Below, one piece after another: positions 10,644 through 23,407 of a DNA stretch of 64,000 bases. The notes under the pieces are model-generated. The model made no database searches. It worked only from the letters and a program-made list of their open reading frames with translations, and was not told where the DNA came from. The translations under genes and the position numbers were made by a program. Origin of the DNA: Ministeria vibrans ATCC 50519 (taxonomy: Eukaryota > Protista > Filasterea). Position 1 is the stretch's first letter. Every line of letters begins with the position of its first letter. The DNA lies in contig CALSCP010002431.1 of NCBI GenBank assembly GCA_943704425.1, positions 62,001 to 126,000 on the forward strand. The letters are read 5' to 3'.

Positions 10644-11256
10644 AGACTGTGGATGGGCCTGGCGATACAGCCAAGCTAAGCGAGCTCAAGTGCTCGGGCG
10701 AGCCCCTGCCCAACGAGAACCAGTTTGAGACGGATGTCGTACGTACCACTTTTGGTGTGTGTTGTGTCACTCCAACTGTTGTCAAAATTGTGTAGGAGGC
10801 CGCTGCGAGTGCTGTGACCACCAATCTGATGCGCAGCAGCCACAGGAACGACGCTGTGGCGAGTGCGTCATCGGCAGCAGCGACAACAAGCAACGATGCG
10901 TCGTCGTCGTCGTCTGCCGCTGCTTCTGCTGCCGCTGCCGAGTCCGCCGCCGCTGAGGCTGCTGCTGCTGCTGAAGCCGCTGCTGCTGAGGCTGCTGCCG
11001 CTGCCGCTGCTGCTGCTACCGAGATTGCCGACATGGCGCAATGTCGCGCTGCCTATGACTATGCACCAAACAGTGATGCGGAGCTTGCCGTGTCCGAGGG
11101 CGATCTCCTGTGGGTGGTCGAGGACGACGGAAGTGGCTGGTACGAACGATGCTCTTTGTGTGTCTTCGGTGTCTTATTGTGTTCTTTTATAGGACTCGCT
11201 GTCGTCTGGGTGACGATGAGGGCTACGTACCGTCGTCCTACTTGGAAATGCTGTGA
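10644..11256 (+). CDS. 3' exons of a C-terminal SH3-domain protein with a poly-Ala linker; 5' part missing
   Basis: Spliced QCRAAYDYAPNSDAELAVSEGDLLWVVEDDGSGW|TRCRLGDDEGYVPSSYLEML* is a canonical SH3 domain. No start codon lies before the gap. Confidence 0.85.
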
Positions 11257-11829
11257 GAATGAAAATTGTTTTGGTTGTTTGGTTTCTTTTTATTCTCTCT
11301 TCAGTTCTCGCTATGCGGACCACCGCCGATGGTCGTTGGCCTATTAGTTACTACAATGCAATCTCTAGTCTCTCCACCCTCTTTCGTCTTTCGCTGTCAT
11401 CGTTTTAACGCGGATCACAATTTGAGAAAGGAGTCAATTTCGAGTCTCCGTCTCTTCGCTCCCCCCGACTGTCTTTTCCTTTCGGTTCACTCCCATTCAC
11501 TTCAAACAGCCATTCCAGACGATCTCCAGCTCGTGCCGTAAGCGTCAGACCAGAATTCGTCAACTTTTCTCAGGAACTAAATTTAGCTGCAACCTGACAA
11601 CTCCGCGTGCAAACAACTTTATTATTCTAAGCTTTTGTCTCTTAAGTTATATTTTCCATTGACTTTTGACCATTTCATATCATTCTTTTTTCTTTTCTCT
11701 TTGCTCTGAAAAACTTTATTATTTATACTGCTATTTCAGTATACGCTCTCGTCGATCTGTAGCACGAGAGCCTTCAATTTCAAACTCTCTTTGAAACTTG
11801 TGACGTCTCAGCAGTTTTTTATCGACAAG

Positions 11830-14800
11830 ATGTGGAAAAAGATGGTAATGCGCTGCTCCTTTGCTCGCCTTGATGCACCTGTACTTTTCGTTCACTGTGT
11901 CAAACATGCTCCCGGCACGCATGTGCTCGGAGTTTGCTTGCGTCGCGCTGATTCCCACGCAACACCACCAACACCAACACAAGTCTCGCGCACTCACACG
12001 CACTCCTGTAGACTCCCCTGGTGCTTTTGGCGCTGCTCATTGCCGGCTCCAACGCCACGTGTAGCTGTGAGAACAACAGCGTCTGCTTCAACATCACAAC
12101 GGCTGTGCTGGACTTCTGCGACTGCCACACGACTGGGTTTTACGGCGTACGCACTCCCCTCTCCTCTTCCGACCGCCTTCTGGCCCACGGATCCTTCTTA
12201 TTCTCCCGCTGATGTAGGTTGGATGTGCCTACTCTGGCGAGACGGTTCGTCTCGAAGAGGGTCTCGCCCTCAATGGCAACAACTACGCCTACTCATCGAT
12301 CATTCTCGATGACGATCACTTTGTATTGACAGGCAGAACATCGGCCGGCATCCTCACGGCCGCCGCAAAAACCAGCTCGGTACCCTTCTGGTGTACTTCT
12401 AACTTTCGTGTGCATGTTCTCACTGCGCCTTTGTTTTCCGTTCATTACTTCTTTCTTTTAGTTCACCGCTCTGGTCAATCGCACTGCGGGTATTCAGTGG
12501 ATTGCACAGGAGACGGGCACATCAACACTGTTTGTGCGCGAGTCCGTTGTCGACACCGCTCACCAGCGTATATTCACGCTGACCCAGTCGACCGGTACCT
12601 TTGACGGCACAAGCTCATTGGGCTCAGCGGATGCCCTGGTCTTTGCGTACAATGCGACGGACGGCACCAAACTCTGGTCGAAGCGCTACGGCTCAACCTC
12701 GTTCGACACGATGGGCCGCATGCACTACGCATCGGCACTGGGCTCGGTTGTTGTTGGGGTCAATGCAGGCGGTGCGGTTGTCGACACCACACTGGCCGCC
12801 GACGACGCCACGTTTGTCGCGCTCCTCGCCCTCAACGACACCGACGGCACCATTGTCTGGGCGGCGAGTGACCCGTCCACCACCTACGGTCAAAAGGCGG
12901 GCGACATCACCTCCAACGACCAGTACGTCTTCTTGGCAATCGACGTGTCCGAGGCGCACAACGAGGCGCCCAGCATGACTCGCCTGTGCGCCTTTGCCCT
13001 CAACACGGGTGCCCTCCTGTGGTCCAAAGACCTCGTCTCGGTCGGCTACCCGCCCAACCACTACGGATCCATTTCCCCCTACTTCATGACGTTTAGCTCG
13101 GCCAGCCAGGCACTTGTCGTCGGCGGCGTCTTCTTCGGCAACATCACGGCGACGATGGGCATCGATTTGTTTTACGACGTACTGGAGTTTGCACCATCGA
13201 CAAAGAGCTACGTCATGCGCCTCAGCGCGACCACAGGCGACATTGAATGGGTTGCTACGGTGCAAACGGGCAACGCGCAGAGCACGGAGGCCGTAGGTGT
13301 TGACGTGGACGCCGTGGGAAATGTACTGCTAGCCGTGCGCACGTCCGAGCCCATCGGCACTGCTCCCTCTGCCTCGGTGGACGGCGCCGACCAGACCCAT
13401 CTCTTTGTGTACTCGAGCGAGGGAACGTTGCGCTCGCAGGCTGTCATTGCGGCGTCGGAGGACCTCTTCAATGAAGCAGTCAGCGTCTCGCCGACGACCG
13501 GCCTGGCCGTGCTCACAGGCTCTCTCGTCGGCGATGGCGTCTTCTCACAGGCTGTGCCTGAGTCGACCAAAAGGCAGGCACTCCTGACGTTTGCCAACAG
13601 CGAGAATGCGTGTGCGTCGAGTCCGTGCCAAAACAGCGGCACGTGCACCAATGGATTTGTCGACTTTGTGTGTGCGTGTCCCGAGACGGCCACCGGCACA
13701 CTGTGCGAGACACTCTTTGACCCGTGCCTGTCGAGGCCCTGCCAAAACAACGCCAACTGCACTGCCACCCAGGACCACTTAAGCTTCACCTGCGACTGTG
13801 TCTTGGGCTTTCGCGACACCCTCTGTGAGACGGTCGACTTGTGTGCCTCAAACCCATGTCAGAATGGCGGTGTCTGCTACGAGGACCTTGTCAGCAGCGT
13901 CCACCGCTGCAACTGCACGCAAGTCGAGGCCTTTGGCGAGGTATGCCAGAACATCGGCCAGGCACAGCAGTTTGACACGTCGCCGCCCAACATCGATGTT
14001 GGCGTCAGCGGCGACGGCGTCTACGTGTACACCAGCAGCATTGCCGAGACGGGCTGTTCCCTCATCAAACTCACGGCCGCCAATCTGACCCTCATGTGGG
14101 AGGATATTCACACGGATACCACCGAGCTGTGTCGCGACCCGACGACGGACGACGCCGCTTCGCTCGTCTGCTACGTTGCCAACTACAACGGCGCCCTCAC
14201 CCAGGGCTCCAAAGACGTCGCGACCCTCTGCTACAACGCCAATACCGCGGGCGCTACCTTTCTCTGGATGAGTCTGGTGGGCACGACGGGCAGCGACTCG
14301 GCCGAGGCGCTGTTTATCGAACCGACGCGCCACCTCGTCGTCTCGGCAGGCATGGTCCCCCGAAACAAGGTCGTCGACGGCGGCGCTGCTGTTAACCACG
14401 ACACGTCGTATGTCGTCGCGTACAATGCGACGGGCCACCAAATGTGGCTCACCCAGCAGCGACCGGGCGTCGAGACCATGATGGCCCTGCTTGCGCACAC
14501 GACCGACCGCTTCTTCATCTTGCACCAAGGAGTCGAAAGTTCCACGGTATGGCTTTATGTCATGGACATGGAGACGGGCGCCCAGCTGGGCCTCACGTGG
14601 TTCACGCCCGTCAACGGCGACGACTACTTTGAGCACTTTACGCTGTTCTACCACGACAACGCCGTCTTTCTTGGCGGTTTTGGCGACGGCGACTACACGC
14701 AAACGCTTACCACTTACTCCAACGGTCTCCAGCGCACCATTGTTCGCTTTGACGTCGACTCGGACCACCACAATGCCACCATTGCATGGAGCGCCCTCTA

Positions 14801-17800
14801 CGGCAGCGAGGACAAGGACGACTTTGGCTTCAAACTCGACGGGGCACTCGACGGTACCATCATGCTTGTGGGCGTGACCAAGCTGGACCTCGACGGCATC
14901 ACCGACGCCTCGCCCTCCGTCAATCGTGCTGTTGTCGAGGGCGTTGACCCGACAACGGGCGCCTCACGGTTCACACGCCAGATCACTCAGCTGCTCCATG
15001 GCCAGTCGGTGACCACCACCGGCCTTGATCTCGCCTTTGACAACACACACTCGGCAATCTTTGTTGTGGGTGGCACGTCGAACAACGGCTACTTTGACGC
15101 AAGTCGCACCGACCTCGCCGGCAACAACTATATTGCACGTATCGACGACGACAACGACTCGTGTGCCACGTCGCCGTGCCTCAACGGCGGCACATGCATC
15201 GACAGTATCTTCTCCTACATATGTTTGTGCTCCGTCAGCTTTACCGGCACCACCTGTGAGACGCGCTCGAACCAGTGCGACTCGTCGCCCTGCCAGAATG
15301 AAGGCATATGCGTTGATGGTCTTGGCAGCTTCAGCTGCTCCTGCACCGCCCTCACCACCGGCACACTTTGCGAAGCGACCTTCTCGTGGTGCGACTCGTC
15401 GCCGTGCCAGAACACCGCCACGTGTGTGGACGGGACGGCCGGCTACACTTGTACATGTGCAGCGGGCACAGCCGGCGACCACTGCGAGTCCAATGTGGAC
15501 GAATGCGCCTCGTCGCCCTGCCTAATGAACTCCACCTGTGTCGACAGCGTCAACGGCTTTTCTTGCGCCTGCGTCCCTGGATACACGGGCACCCTCTGCG
15601 GCACCGATGTGGACGAGTGTGCCTCGTCGCCTTGTCGCAACGGTGGCACATGCATCAACCTCTTTAATGGTTTCTCGTGCGCCTGCGTCAACAACACCTC
15701 TGGCGCCCAATGCGAGGTGGACTGTCGCGGTGGTCTCTCGGTGGGCGGCAAGGCCGACGATTACGCCACCTGGCAAGATCGCATCGACGGCTTTGCTGGC
15801 TGCACCTCCATTGTGGGCGACCTTGTCATCAGCGGCAACATCACGGACAGTGCCGGCCTCGCTTCCATCACGACGGTGCACGGTGCCCTGCATGTCGACA
15901 CGACGTCGACACTCGACTCGCTCGACGCACTTGCCAACTTGGTCACGGTCAATGGTGACGTGTTCATTGTGGACAACGCAGACCTGACGACCTCGTCGGG
16001 ACTCGTCTCGTTCACGACCACCACCGCCTCGCAAGTCACCTTCAGTGGCAATGCCAAACTCGTGTCGTGCGAGGGTCTGGCCAAACTGTCGGGTGTGACC
16101 CTTGCCGGTGCCCTCACCGTCGCGAACAATGCACTCATGACCTCACTCAATGGCATTGATGCACTCACGGGCGCTCACACTGTCGTACTGACGGGTCTGC
16201 CTCTCGTGACGAGCGTCATGCCCGTCGGCTCGATTGCCATCTCCACGACACTCACTGTCGACAACATGGACGGTCTTGTGGCGCTGACGGGACTTCTTAT
16301 GAGCGGCACTACAGAACAATTGGAGACGTTGACGCTGACCAACAACGACGCACTTGTGTCGCTCGTGGGTCTTGAAGCACTCACGGGTGTTCATGGCGAT
16401 CTGACTGTCTCAGGCAACAGCGTGCTGGTGACGATGACGCCTGCAAGTGCCCTCGATCAGCTGGTCTTTGTCGACGGCACATGGACCATTGCAAACAACG
16501 CGGCCATGACGAGTTTGTCGTGTCCCCTGGCCGCTCTGGTGCGCGTGGGCACGCTTGTCATCAGCGACAACGCCATGCTCACGTACATGTCGGGCTTTTC
16601 GTCGCTGACGCAGGCGACAAGCATCACGCTGAGCTCCATGGCGTTGCTCACAAATGTGACAGGCGCCTTTGCGTCGCTGGTGCACGCAGACACGCTGCAA
16701 CTCAACACGCTGGCAGGCATTGTCGATTTGACGCTGCAGACCTTTTTGGGGTCGACCACAGCACAGGTGGACGTGCTAACGCTGGACAACATGGACTCGC
16801 TGACGGATGTGTTCCTCAACGACGTGCTTGTAATCAATGGCACGCTCAACGTGGCCAACTGCGACGGTATCCAGACGCTGGCGGGCCTGGCAAGCCTCAC
16901 GACCGTCTACGGCAACCTGACCTTTGCGTCGTGCAGTGCGCTGACGGAGATTACGGGGTTGCAGCAGTTGACGCTCGTCACGGGCTACGTCGTACTGACG
17001 GGCAACGGCGAGCTGTGTGCGGGGCGGTTTGTTTCGTGGGACACGGTGGCACAGCAGGGAGCCATCATTGAGGGAAGCCCCACGCTCGACTCGGTCAAGT
17101 GCAAGCTAGCCGAGCTGCTGTCGACGCCCACCAACACGACGGAGACGGTGCAGACCAATGCACAGCTGCTCAAGGAGGTCACCGAGTCGAACAAGTGGCT
17201 GGGTGCTGACAGCAAGACGGTGGCGGCAAAGCTCATTCTGGACAAGGTCGAAGAGGTGATTGTGTACCTGAAAAAGAACCCGCAGAGTGCTAGTGGCAAT
17301 GTCACGAACAACACCCTGTCGAGTCTGGATGCAATGTTGGACGCGAGTGCCGTGAGCGAGCTCAAGGTCCAAGAGAAGGGCCGTTCGACACGTGTCGCGC
17401 GGCTCACCGACGACTTTGTCGATTTGTTGCTGGATCTCAACAACTGCGGCACGTCCGTCGACCTGGTGGGAACATACCTGTCGATGAAGGTGATCCAGGT
17501 GAACGACGCGTACGACATTGACGGCGATTATACAACGGACAGCAACAATGGCGTGCAGCTGCCGTCAGGCTTTGCTATGGAGGCGCAGTCGCTGGGCCAC
17601 CTAAACATGAGCGAGAGCTGCTTCGAAGTGTCGTTTATCGAGTACGAGGTGAACCCTTTTGATTCCAACTACGACAACCAGTCGACGACCATTGACAGCA
17701 ATGTGGTGTCGCTGTCGGTGGGCCGCTCGCTCGACATCAACGGTCTGTCCAACGACACGTCCGTGCTCATTACGCTGCGTCACGTCGTCCTGGTTGAGGG

Positions 17801-19562
17801 CGAGCGCACCTGCGTGTACTGGGACGACACCAACGAAGTGTGGGACAGCGACGGGTGCGAGGTAGTCTCGTCGGATGCGTACCATACGGTGTGTCGCTGC
17901 AATCACCTGACCAACTTCGCGCTGCTGGCGGGTGCCGATGTGTACGCGTCGCTGTCTTCGACGAACGCACAGGTGCTTGAAGTGCTCTCGTGGGTTGGTG
18001 CAGTGCTGTCCATTCTCGGGTGTGTCTACATCATCTTTGTGTATGCGTGGATTAAAGCGCTGCGCACGCGCCCCCAGCGCAATATTCTCAACTTGGCAGT
18101 GGCGCTGCTCATGCTCAACCTGGTCTTTGTCATTGGCAGCGATCGTGTGGATCCACGCGGCGGCTGCCGTGTCGTCGCGGCCCTCCTGTACTACTTTCTT
18201 TTGGCCATGTTCTTGTGGACGGCGTGCATTGCGCGCGACATGACCTTTTTCCTGGTGAACCTTGTGGGCGAGCCAACCCCGTTCAGTCGCTACCTGGCGT
18301 TTGCCTGGGGTCTTCCGGCGGTTGTGACTGCCGTGTTGGTGAGCGTCGACGGTGGCACGGACTGGACCACCCTGGGCTTTGGCAGTGCTGCGTCGTCGTG
18401 TTTCGTGTCGACGCGCGGCGGTCTCATTGGCGCCGTGATGTGTCCGCTGGCGCTGGTGATGCTGCACAATGTGTACGCCATGGTGGGTGTGACCCGCTCG
18501 CTGTACAAGAATGCGCAGTCGGTGGGAAAGACAAGCTCGGCGGCGCGCAAGAATAAGCAGAGTCTCATGTTGTACTGCGGCCTTTTTGTGGCCATGGGCC
18601 TGGCGTGGGTCTTTGCCTACGTGGCCATTGTGGGCGGCACGGTCTTCTGGTATCTCTTTGTCATCTGCAACTCGACGCAAGGTCTGCTGCTGTGCATTTT
18701 CTTTGTGTTGCGCGGTCGAGCGTGGGAGGAGACCAAGAAGAAGGCGGGCAAGGTGGATATGTTCAAGTCGGGCGCGACCAACACGACCAGTGGCGGCGGA
18801 GGCGGCAAGACGACCAAGAGGAGCACGGACACGACGTCATCGTCGGGCGTCACACGCGGTAGCACAACGCTTCAAAGCAACGCCAGCAGTGGGGCGGGCA
18901 TGCTGGAAACGCGGCCCGTCTCGGGCGACTGGGAGATGGTGGGCGGCAGCGAAGGCGTGTCGACGGTCGTCATGAGCTCGATGGGCGACTCGGAGGCGCC
19001 CGCAATATTGAGTGACGCCTGGCCCAGCGGTCGCGAGAGCGACGACACCAAGATGGGGCCGGACGAGGGACAGTTTGCATTTGACGAGGCAAGTGGCGAC
19101 CCGGTCGCGCGTCTCAAGACCAAGCCACAGCAGGTGGCGGTACACGCGTCGACGACCGACGAGCAGAGCGCGTTCCGTGAGTCGGTGGTGCGCGTTGGCA
19201 AGGCCTACACCAACCCGCTCGGGGTGGCGCGGGGCGACGACGCGACTGTTGTGGACATGTCGACGCGCCAGAGCGTGGCAACGGTCATGATTGAGGGGAA
19301 CACGCAGAGTGAGAGTGGCAGTGTGATGGACTCAACGAGTGACGACGACGAAGTTGAGGTCGCAGGCAACCAAGGGGCGCGCAGTGGCGACTACATTGCG
19401 TTGACGGTCACGGCGGCGCCCGACGACGGCATGGACGACGACCTGCACCCGCCGAGGCGTGAGAGCGGCGACAGCTATGATCCGCACGACTTCAGTGACT
19501 CGAGTTTGCTCTTGCAACGGTCGTCCCAGAACATTGGAGGGGATCCCGAAGTGGCTCTCTGA
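11830..19562 (+). CDS. Adhesion GPCR: signal peptide, EGF, beta-propeller, 3xEGF, beta-propeller, 5xEGF, receptor-L/LRR-like repeats, GAIN/GPS, 7TM, long tail
   Basis: Likely start MWKKM|TPLVLLALLIAGSNA (signal peptide). EGF repeats of the DECASSPCxNGGTC type. GPS motif CVYWDDTNEVWDSDGCEV...CRCNHLTNFALL. Seven hydrophobic helices with secretin-family motifs (GCRVVAALLYYFLLAMFLWT, AWGLPAVV, YLFVICNSTQG). Start codon is uncertain. Confidence 0.93.
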
Positions 19563-19690
19563 GCTGATATGCGTATTGTGCGTTGTACTAATGGTTTTTA
19601 TACGACTACTTCGTCTTAATAAGTATAGTAATAATAATAATAATAATAAAGTCATTGTAATGATGGTTATCATTTAAATTAAAAATCGTG

Positions 19691-19693
<3 letters not shown>

Positions 19694-19729
<36 letters not shown>
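19694..19729 (+). repeat. (CA)n microsatellite
   Basis: Seen directly. Confidence 0.95.
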
Positions 19730-19731
<2 letters not shown>

Positions 19732-19938
19732 CGGAGAGCCGACAGTGAACAGTCTGCCGACTGCACAGTGTAAGGAAAAGCAGGTGGCGCGGTGAGGCAG
19801 CGGGAGCAGTCCTTGTGGGCGGCAAACGCAAACTGATCAGGGGAGAAAGTGCCACAAGTTCGTGCGCGTGGCACCTTGCGCTCCTCAACCCACTCGAAAA
19901 TCGTTTAAAGCAACCACGCACACTTATTTCGCCATTCC

Positions 19939-21206
19939 ATGTCTCCATCCATTTCACCCATGACGTCCGACATTCACCTGGCCATTGCATCGGCGACGGC
20001 GGCGCGAGCACTCGTGGAGCGCGACCGAATACAAAAAGCATCGGCGTCCTGCTCTTCGTCCTCCTCCTCCTCCGCCTCCACGACTCCCTGCTCCTTGCAT
20101 CCTTGCTCGTCGACTTCCTCCTCGACTCTGTCGGTCCGTTGCAACATGGCCTTGGGTGCCATCAAGTTCTTGGATCTCTGTGTAAGCAGACAGCACACGA
20201 AACACAACACAGCGGTGACCCCCTTGCAATTGTCTCTGTACAGGACGATGTCATCTGGGCCATCTTCTCGCACTGCGACTACAGGTCGCTGTGTGCCGTG
20301 GCCATGACGTGCCGCAGACTAAATAGGCTATCGTCGCAGAACCACGTCTGGCGAGCGCGTCTCGACCCCGACAAGTTCAGCGGCGCCGAATACGGCGGCT
20401 GTCCGCAATGCTTTGCCGCAGCGCAGCACACGGCGTCCCTCAAGGAGCGATTTAGACTACTGGTGACGCCCTGTGATCAGATGGACCCGCGCGCCGGGGC
20501 ATTGTCGTGTAACAGGCCGAAACTATCGTCGCGCTTTCTGTCGCTTTTTCAGTCGCTTAGCAACCGACCGCTGCGCCTGGTGCTCACTGGTCCGGGTCTG
20601 TGCCAGGGCGCCAGTGGGTTTGTGCGACAGTTGCTCTGGGCACATACATCTCCGTTCCGTACTACAGGCATGACACCCGGCGCCTCGGGTGTGGGCGCAG
20701 GCATTACCTGTGAGTTTCGATCCACTGTCAAACTCACCGTTGTCACTGTGTATCCGGCGTCACGTGAGGTCCGCCAACGTCTCGTGGCCGGCCACCACGC
20801 ACCCTCGGTTGACGTTGCAACGGAAGAGCGCGTACTGGGCACAGCCGACATGGTTTTCTTTGTGGTGGACGCGACACGCGACTCGCACGTCACCCAGCGT
20901 CTCGAGCAGGCGCGTGAGGCCGTCAGCCGCCTGGCCTTCATAGGCCCGCTGCGTCCAGGCGTGCCCCTTGTCGTCATGTCGGCGTCCGCACGCAACACTC
21001 CCACCCTCGCACCGGCGCCTCTTGCGCGCGCCCTGGCCCTGCACGCGACCCCAGCTCACACCGCCCGGCCCCGGTCGAATGCCTTGCCTGCCCTCCCGCC
21101 GCCCCGCCGTCCCTGGTCCATTTTTCCCGTTGACGTTAACACCCTTGATGGCGCCAGTCGTGCCACCGACTGGGCTGTGCGCATGCGACGCAGAGCCCTC
21201 TTGTAA
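19939..21206 (+). CDS. FBXO4: F-box only protein 4-like (F-box plus atypical small-GTPase-like domain); one intron at ~20181-20243
   Basis: F-box FLDLC|DDVIWAIFSHCDYRSLCAVAMTCRRLNRLSSQNHVWR. The C-terminal RLVLTGPGL...GVGAGIT...ADMVFFVVDA...PLVVMS...RRPW resembles FBXO4 (RFAMFGPGL, DGIGSGV). Confidence 0.75.
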
Positions 21207-21311
21207 TCAGCTTTTTTTTCTTTTCTTTTTGGGACATAACATATTAAACTTATTGTATTTTCTATTTCACAAATATTCGTCACTCACACTCTGGCATGGC
21301 AGTGTCTCTGG

Positions 21312-22155
21312 TTACGAGAGTGGCGGGGGCGTTGGACGATCGTCACTCCCACTCGGCCCTGCGCCATCGTCGCTTGGCCCTGCACCGTCGCCCTGCCGCG
21401 GCGGCTTTCCATCAATCTCGGGCTGCTGCGGGGTGGGACGCCGGGACGGGCGCATGAGGTAGAGCACAAGGGCGGCCACCAGCCACGCACCCACCATCAG
21501 TGTTGTTCTGTCCACTCCCGCGGTCGCCGACGGCGCCCCCGCGTCGTCTCCGAGACACTCTGTGTCCGTGCATGCTGTCTGTGTTTGTGTGAGCTACAAA
21601 GGAAGAGTGTGTCAATACAAACACACACACACAGTCACACAGAGTATGTAAAGGAAGCGCCAAATTGCGACAAAACGCATTCAATTGACTCCACCCAGTC
21701 GCTGGGTGCATCACAGTAAAACACATGGACCCACCCCAACGCGTGCAAGTGATAAAACAAAACGGAGAAGAAGAGAGAGAAAGAAAGAGAGCGAGGAAAA
21801 AAAAAAAAAAGAGAACTTGTCAATAGGACAGGGTTGAAAAATGCACAGCAGGGGTGGCGTGCACGTCGGACGAGGTGCTCACACCGTGGACTAAGTAGGG
21901 GGAACGACAGCGGTAGCCTGGCGAGTTTGGGAGAACCGCAAAACGAGCAGTTTCAAGAATGTCAGCTCAAACAGGACAGTTGGCACAGATAGGAAGGCGG
22001 CCGACGCACCAGAACACAGGTATAAGCGACCAGGTGTGCAGGGTGAGTGGCACGTGGCGAAGGAGCAGACGCGCGTTAGATACCGTTGTCAGGAGACGAC
22101 GCATCGCACTCATGTGGCCGCAGACGCACTCGCAGGGATCGAAATCGTCAGCCAT
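21312..22155 (-). CDS. SMIM14: Small integral membrane protein 14 (DUF2615); 2 exons, ~490-nt intron
   Basis: MADDFDPCECVCGHMSAMRRLLTT|LTQTQTACTDTECL...LMVGAWLVAALVLYLMRP matches the SMIM14 signature FDPCEC...AMRRL...CTDTEC...TM-RP. Confidence 0.93.
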
Positions 22156-22313
22156 GTTGAAAGATAGTCCGTCACAAACCCGATATGAAGTGAGAGATGC
22201 TGAAAATAAATGAATAGTATTTGAGTTTTGATGTTAGACTCACTCACAAGATTTCAGATTTCCTTCTCGCTCTTATAGTTTATACACAAGTTTACATACC
22301 GTCTGGAATCGGG

Positions 22314-23249
22314 ATGGACGGCCGAGTGGACATCGCGGGGATGCTGCGCGAGCGACGCGGTGCCGAAGTGCCACTCTTCATTTGTGCGCCGATGGTGCGG
22401 TATTCCAAGTTGGCGTTTCGCCAGCTGGCGCGGCGGTACGGAGTCGACGTTGCGTACACCCCCATGATTGTGGCCTCGTCATTCAACCAGTCAGCCAAGA
22501 GCCGCGACAACGAGTTCACAACGTGCGCCAGCGACCGACCACTTGTCGTGCAGTTTGCCGCGAGCACTGCCGACGAACTGGCGACTGCGGCCGCTCTGGT
22601 GGCGCACACGGCGGACGCCGTCGACGCCAACTGCGGCTGTCCGCAGTCGTGGGCCATGGCGGAAGGATTCGGTGCACACCTCATCGATCATCCCGAGCTG
22701 GTCTCCGACATGATTCGCCAGGTGCACGCCCGCTCCGACAGCCTTCCCGTTGCCATCAAAATCCGCATTCACGACGACCTCCGACGCACCGTGGACCTTG
22801 TACAGCAACTCGAGCATGCGGGGGCCGCCTGGCTGACGGTTCACGGGCGCACTGCCGACGAACGCCACTCGCCCGTCCACTACGACGCCATCCGCACACT
22901 CCACGACGCCGTCAGCATCCCCCTCGTGGCCAATGGCGATGTGTTCACACGAGACGATGCCATCCGTGTTGCTCGCGACACCCACACCGAAGGTGTCATG
23001 GCAGCGCGTGGCATGCTGCAGAACCCGGCCATGTTCTCCGCCGACCCACAGCATCACTCAGCCACAACGCCCGCCGTCCTCCGCGACTGGCTTCACCTCT
23101 CGGCCGCACATGCCACGCCCTTTCGAATATTCCACGCTCACACCATGTACATGCTCCAACGTGCCACCTCGACGCCCCATCGCTCCGTCTTCGCCCGTCT
23201 TACCACCTACGCTGCCACCGTCGACTATGTCAAAGAAAAATACCTGTAA
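22314..23249 (+). CDS. DUS4L: tRNA-dihydrouridine(20a/20b) synthase, intronless
   Basis: ICAPMVRYSKLAFRQL, YTPMI, PLVVQFAA, catalytic DANCGCPQ, TVHGRT, ANGD and GVMAARG motifs. Confidence 0.92.
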   Translation: MDGRVDIAGMLRERRGAEVPLFICAPMVRYSKLAFRQLARRYGVDVAYTPMIVASSFNQSAKSRDNEFTTCASDRPLVVQFAASTADELATAAALVAHTADAVDANCGCPQSWAMAEGFGAHLIDHPELVSDMIRQVHARSDSLPVAIKIRIHDDLRRTVDLVQQLEHAGAAWLTVHGRTADERHSPVHYDAIRTLHDAVSIPLVANGDVFTRDDAIRVARDTHTEGVMAARGMLQNPAMFSADPQHHSATTPAVLRDWLHLSAAHATPFRIFHAHTMYMLQRATSTPHRSVFARLTTYAATVDYVKEKYL

Positions 23250-23407
23250 TATTGCAATACGCATGTCATTGTTCATTGATCAATGATCAGATGACAGATT
23301 GGTTGAGAAGACGTGAAGCTTTAACGAGCAGTTTGGTGACGTTTACCACTAGTGTGTGTGTTGACGCGGTGAAAAATGAGAGATCATTTATAATCATTTT
23401 TTTTTTC

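Noticed and set aside
11906-11925. Alternative adhesion-GPCR start ATGCTCCCG with a GC donor
   Set aside because: An upstream canonical option (MWKKM|gtaatg) gives the same frame and a better signal peptide. It cannot be resolved without transcripts.
21594-22083. Long SMIM14 intron with hairpins (cacccag-cga-ctgggtg) and an ACA near the 3' end, considered as an H/ACA or C/D snoRNA; donor GTATCT considered as U12-type
   Set aside because: No convincing H box or C/D pair and no recognisable rRNA guide. The donor lacks the GTATCCTT consensus.
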